Of a stretch of DNA of 64,000 nt, positions 61,972 through 64,000 are shown one piece after another. Origin of the DNA: Trichinella spiralis (taxonomy: Eukaryota). The translations under genes and the position numbers were made by a program. Within the stretch, counting starts at the first letter, position 1; each line of letters begins with the position of its first letter. The stretch covers positions 5,185,094 through 5,249,093 of the forward strand of contig NW_003526945.1 in the NCBI RefSeq assembly GCF_000181795.1. Reading direction: 5' to 3'. The notes under the pieces are model-generated. The model was given only the letters and a program-made list of their open reading frames with translations. It had not been told where the DNA came from and made no database searches.

Positions 61972-63589
61972 ATGGCGTTGACTTTCGACATTGGCTATTT
62001 GTTCTCACGACCTTACGGTTTACTTCGCCTCAGTCAAGTGGTAATTCAATTTTCTTCTTCAATTTTACATTTCTCCTGCGCTCATTTTCATTTGCAAATT
62101 TATTATTTCTGAATTGCAAATGCATGACATGTAAAGTTTGACTTGTTTTTTTCTTTTGTTATTATTTTCCAAATGACAATTTATAAATAATTAAGTAATC
62201 AATACGTTCACCAGTCGTCACTTTGATCATTTTAATTTGAACAGGAAACTTCTAATCTGTCAATTTATTTTTGTTTTATTTTATTTTTATTACTCTTTTT
62301 ATTATTATTATTCATATCCAAATGCCAATTATTCGCCAACTTTGCCTGTTAAATTAGCATTAGCATTGTTTCGGGTCAGTGTGATTGTTTGTTCGCTTGT
62401 TTTCCACAACGACAACGATGATGATTAAGCGTTGTTGTATCAATGACCGGTTTTCACATCAAAGCATGAATGTTTCGCAAAATCGGGCCGCTCCTCTCAT
62501 GGCAAACTGTACCGGTTTGTTTTCCACTTTCAGTTTCACTTTCAAATCGATACAGTAGGAAAGTTAAATTAAAAAAAATACGATCCATTTTTTTTGTGCA
62601 GTTTTGAAAATTTGCAAATGTTGGAAATTGCTTGGGAATCAGCAATTGGAATGTACGTTGAATGTTGTTGTTGTTTTTTTTTTTTGATTTTCAATTTTCC
62701 ATCTCATGCTTATAAATTGTATTATTTATTGTGACGAGTTTGAAATTTCTCGATCACCTATTGACAACAATTGCGAACAATCGTAGTAAAATTTCGAACA
62801 AATATTTACTTTGATCAACCACTGACAAAAGTGGCGAATAAGCCATTAAAAGTAGAAATTAAATTTAGCACTGCACGTGCATGGACGGGGTTGTTTGCGT
62901 TTTGTTGAATCACACTTGTTTATTTTTGGTTGTTGTATACATGCGTGGGGTGGAGCGCAGGAGTTGGAAACTCATCGGCTTGTTGTTGTGAAAAAAAATT
63001 TGCTTTTTCTTTTTTTAGATTCTTTGTTTACTTATTGTAATATGCATCAGTGTGGCCGACTATTCTCTAGCCGGAACCGCGTTTGTGTGGTTCACGAGCG
63101 TTTCGTCGTTGATCAGCTCTGCAATCATTCTCTTCCTCTATGTGGTGCACTTCAACGAGACGGAAATGTTCGTTCGTGTGCCATGGTTTATGGCTGTACG
63201 ATGAGCATAATTGAATTTTCTTCACCATATATATATATAAATATGTATGCATATGTAGGAATTTGTGGTTTGCTGTTTCTGGTGTCTGTTCCACGCAATT
63301 TCTGGAATAATTTCCGCCGTAAACGCTGCCAACTGTGTCCGTTGCCTTGGAAACGTCAATTCTTGCTTCGGAGCGGCTGCTGTGAGAGCTTTTTTTCACT
63401 GAAGATGATGCAAATCTTTTTTTTCCCTTAAATTTAATATTCTATTTTTAGTTTTTCTGTTTTGCCGCAGCAATCGCTTTCGGCTTGTGCGCCTATTACC
63501 TGTACGGCGGTTGGCGACTGAACGTCACAACTAGTAACGTCCAACAGCAACGTACTGTAACAATCACAACTACCACTAGCCGTTACTGA
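61972..63589 (+). CDS. MARVEL-domain four-TM protein (CMTM/plasmolipin-like), about 168 aa
   Basis: Four exons joined by phase-0 GT-AG introns: 61972-62040, 63019-63195, 63259-63381, 63452-63589. Translation MALTFDIGYLFSRPYGLLRLSQV|ILCLLIVICISV...AFVWFTSVSSLISSAIILFLYVV...VPWFMA|EFVVCCFWCLFHAISGIISAV...FGAAA|FFCFAAAIAFGLCAYYLY. Four hydrophobic helices with MARVEL hallmarks (G.LR..Q, PW...E, AAA.FF.F). A TTTCAG acceptor ends at 61942. Confidence 0.9.
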
Positions 63590-64000
63590 CCGACGCCATG
63601 GAGAAACAAATAACAAACCTGATGCAATATTCAAATAAAAAATTAATAATAATAATTGCCAATATTATTATTTGAGTATTTTTTGGTCGCTTGTTTTTTT
63701 TTATTTTTCTTTTTTTCATTTCAAGTCGTTCGATATAAATTATCGTTTTTCACATATAGTGTTCGCTCAGCAAAAGAAAAATCCTTCTTCACGTTTCTAT
63801 ACATTTTGTTTGGTGAAGGATTTGCATTTCTCACTCTTTAGCTGTACGTTTGTTTGTTCCAATCTTCACATTATTTTTCTTTATTATCATCGATGATTAT
63901 TATTATATTGTATTATTTGAGAACGTTCGTTTTCTTGTTCGAATCGTTCTAGCAAGAATAATATGTGTGGCCTTTGCTTTTATTTTCAAATTACCCTATT

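Noticed and set aside
1..64000. CRISPR arrays, rRNA, tRNA, operons or other prokaryotic systems
   Set aside because: None seen by eye. The sequence is spliceosomal-intron eukaryotic DNA and its repeats are simple microsatellites; a tRNAscan/Rfam run would be needed to exclude small RNAs formally.

Overview
AT-rich, intron-rich animal genomic DNA. It is most likely a clade I (Trichinella-like) nematode; this is inferred from short introns, TTTCAG/TTTTAG acceptors, a nematode-type RSBP-1 protein and a FLYWCH-MULE relic. The ORF track fragments the genes, so I assembled exons by hand and checked every junction for phase. Six protein genes are supported: a Shaw/Kv3 K+ channel (+, 5234-8889) with an atypical TIGFG filter; a full-length chordin/short gastrulation gene (-, 19257 to about 9402) tail-to-tail with it; an R7BP/rsbp-1 gene (+, 32022-47453) with alternative first exons and no C-terminal cysteines; ARL13B/arl-13 (+, 54616-57126) with an X-box promoter and a GC-AG intron; a C2H2 zinc-finger protein with a SUMO-interacting motif (-, 58664-57412); and a MARVEL-domain protein (+, 61972-63589) missed by the ORF track. 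The most notable hidden element is a divergent miR-7 hairpin on the minus strand (47753-47839). It appears to lie in the last exon of an unannotated spliced non-coding host that has a 10-nt microexon and an upstream X-box-like motif and converges on rsbp-1. Decayed mobile DNA includes a FLYWCH-MULE transposase, a possible LINE RT relic and a possible PPT+LTR, and there are many microsatellites.
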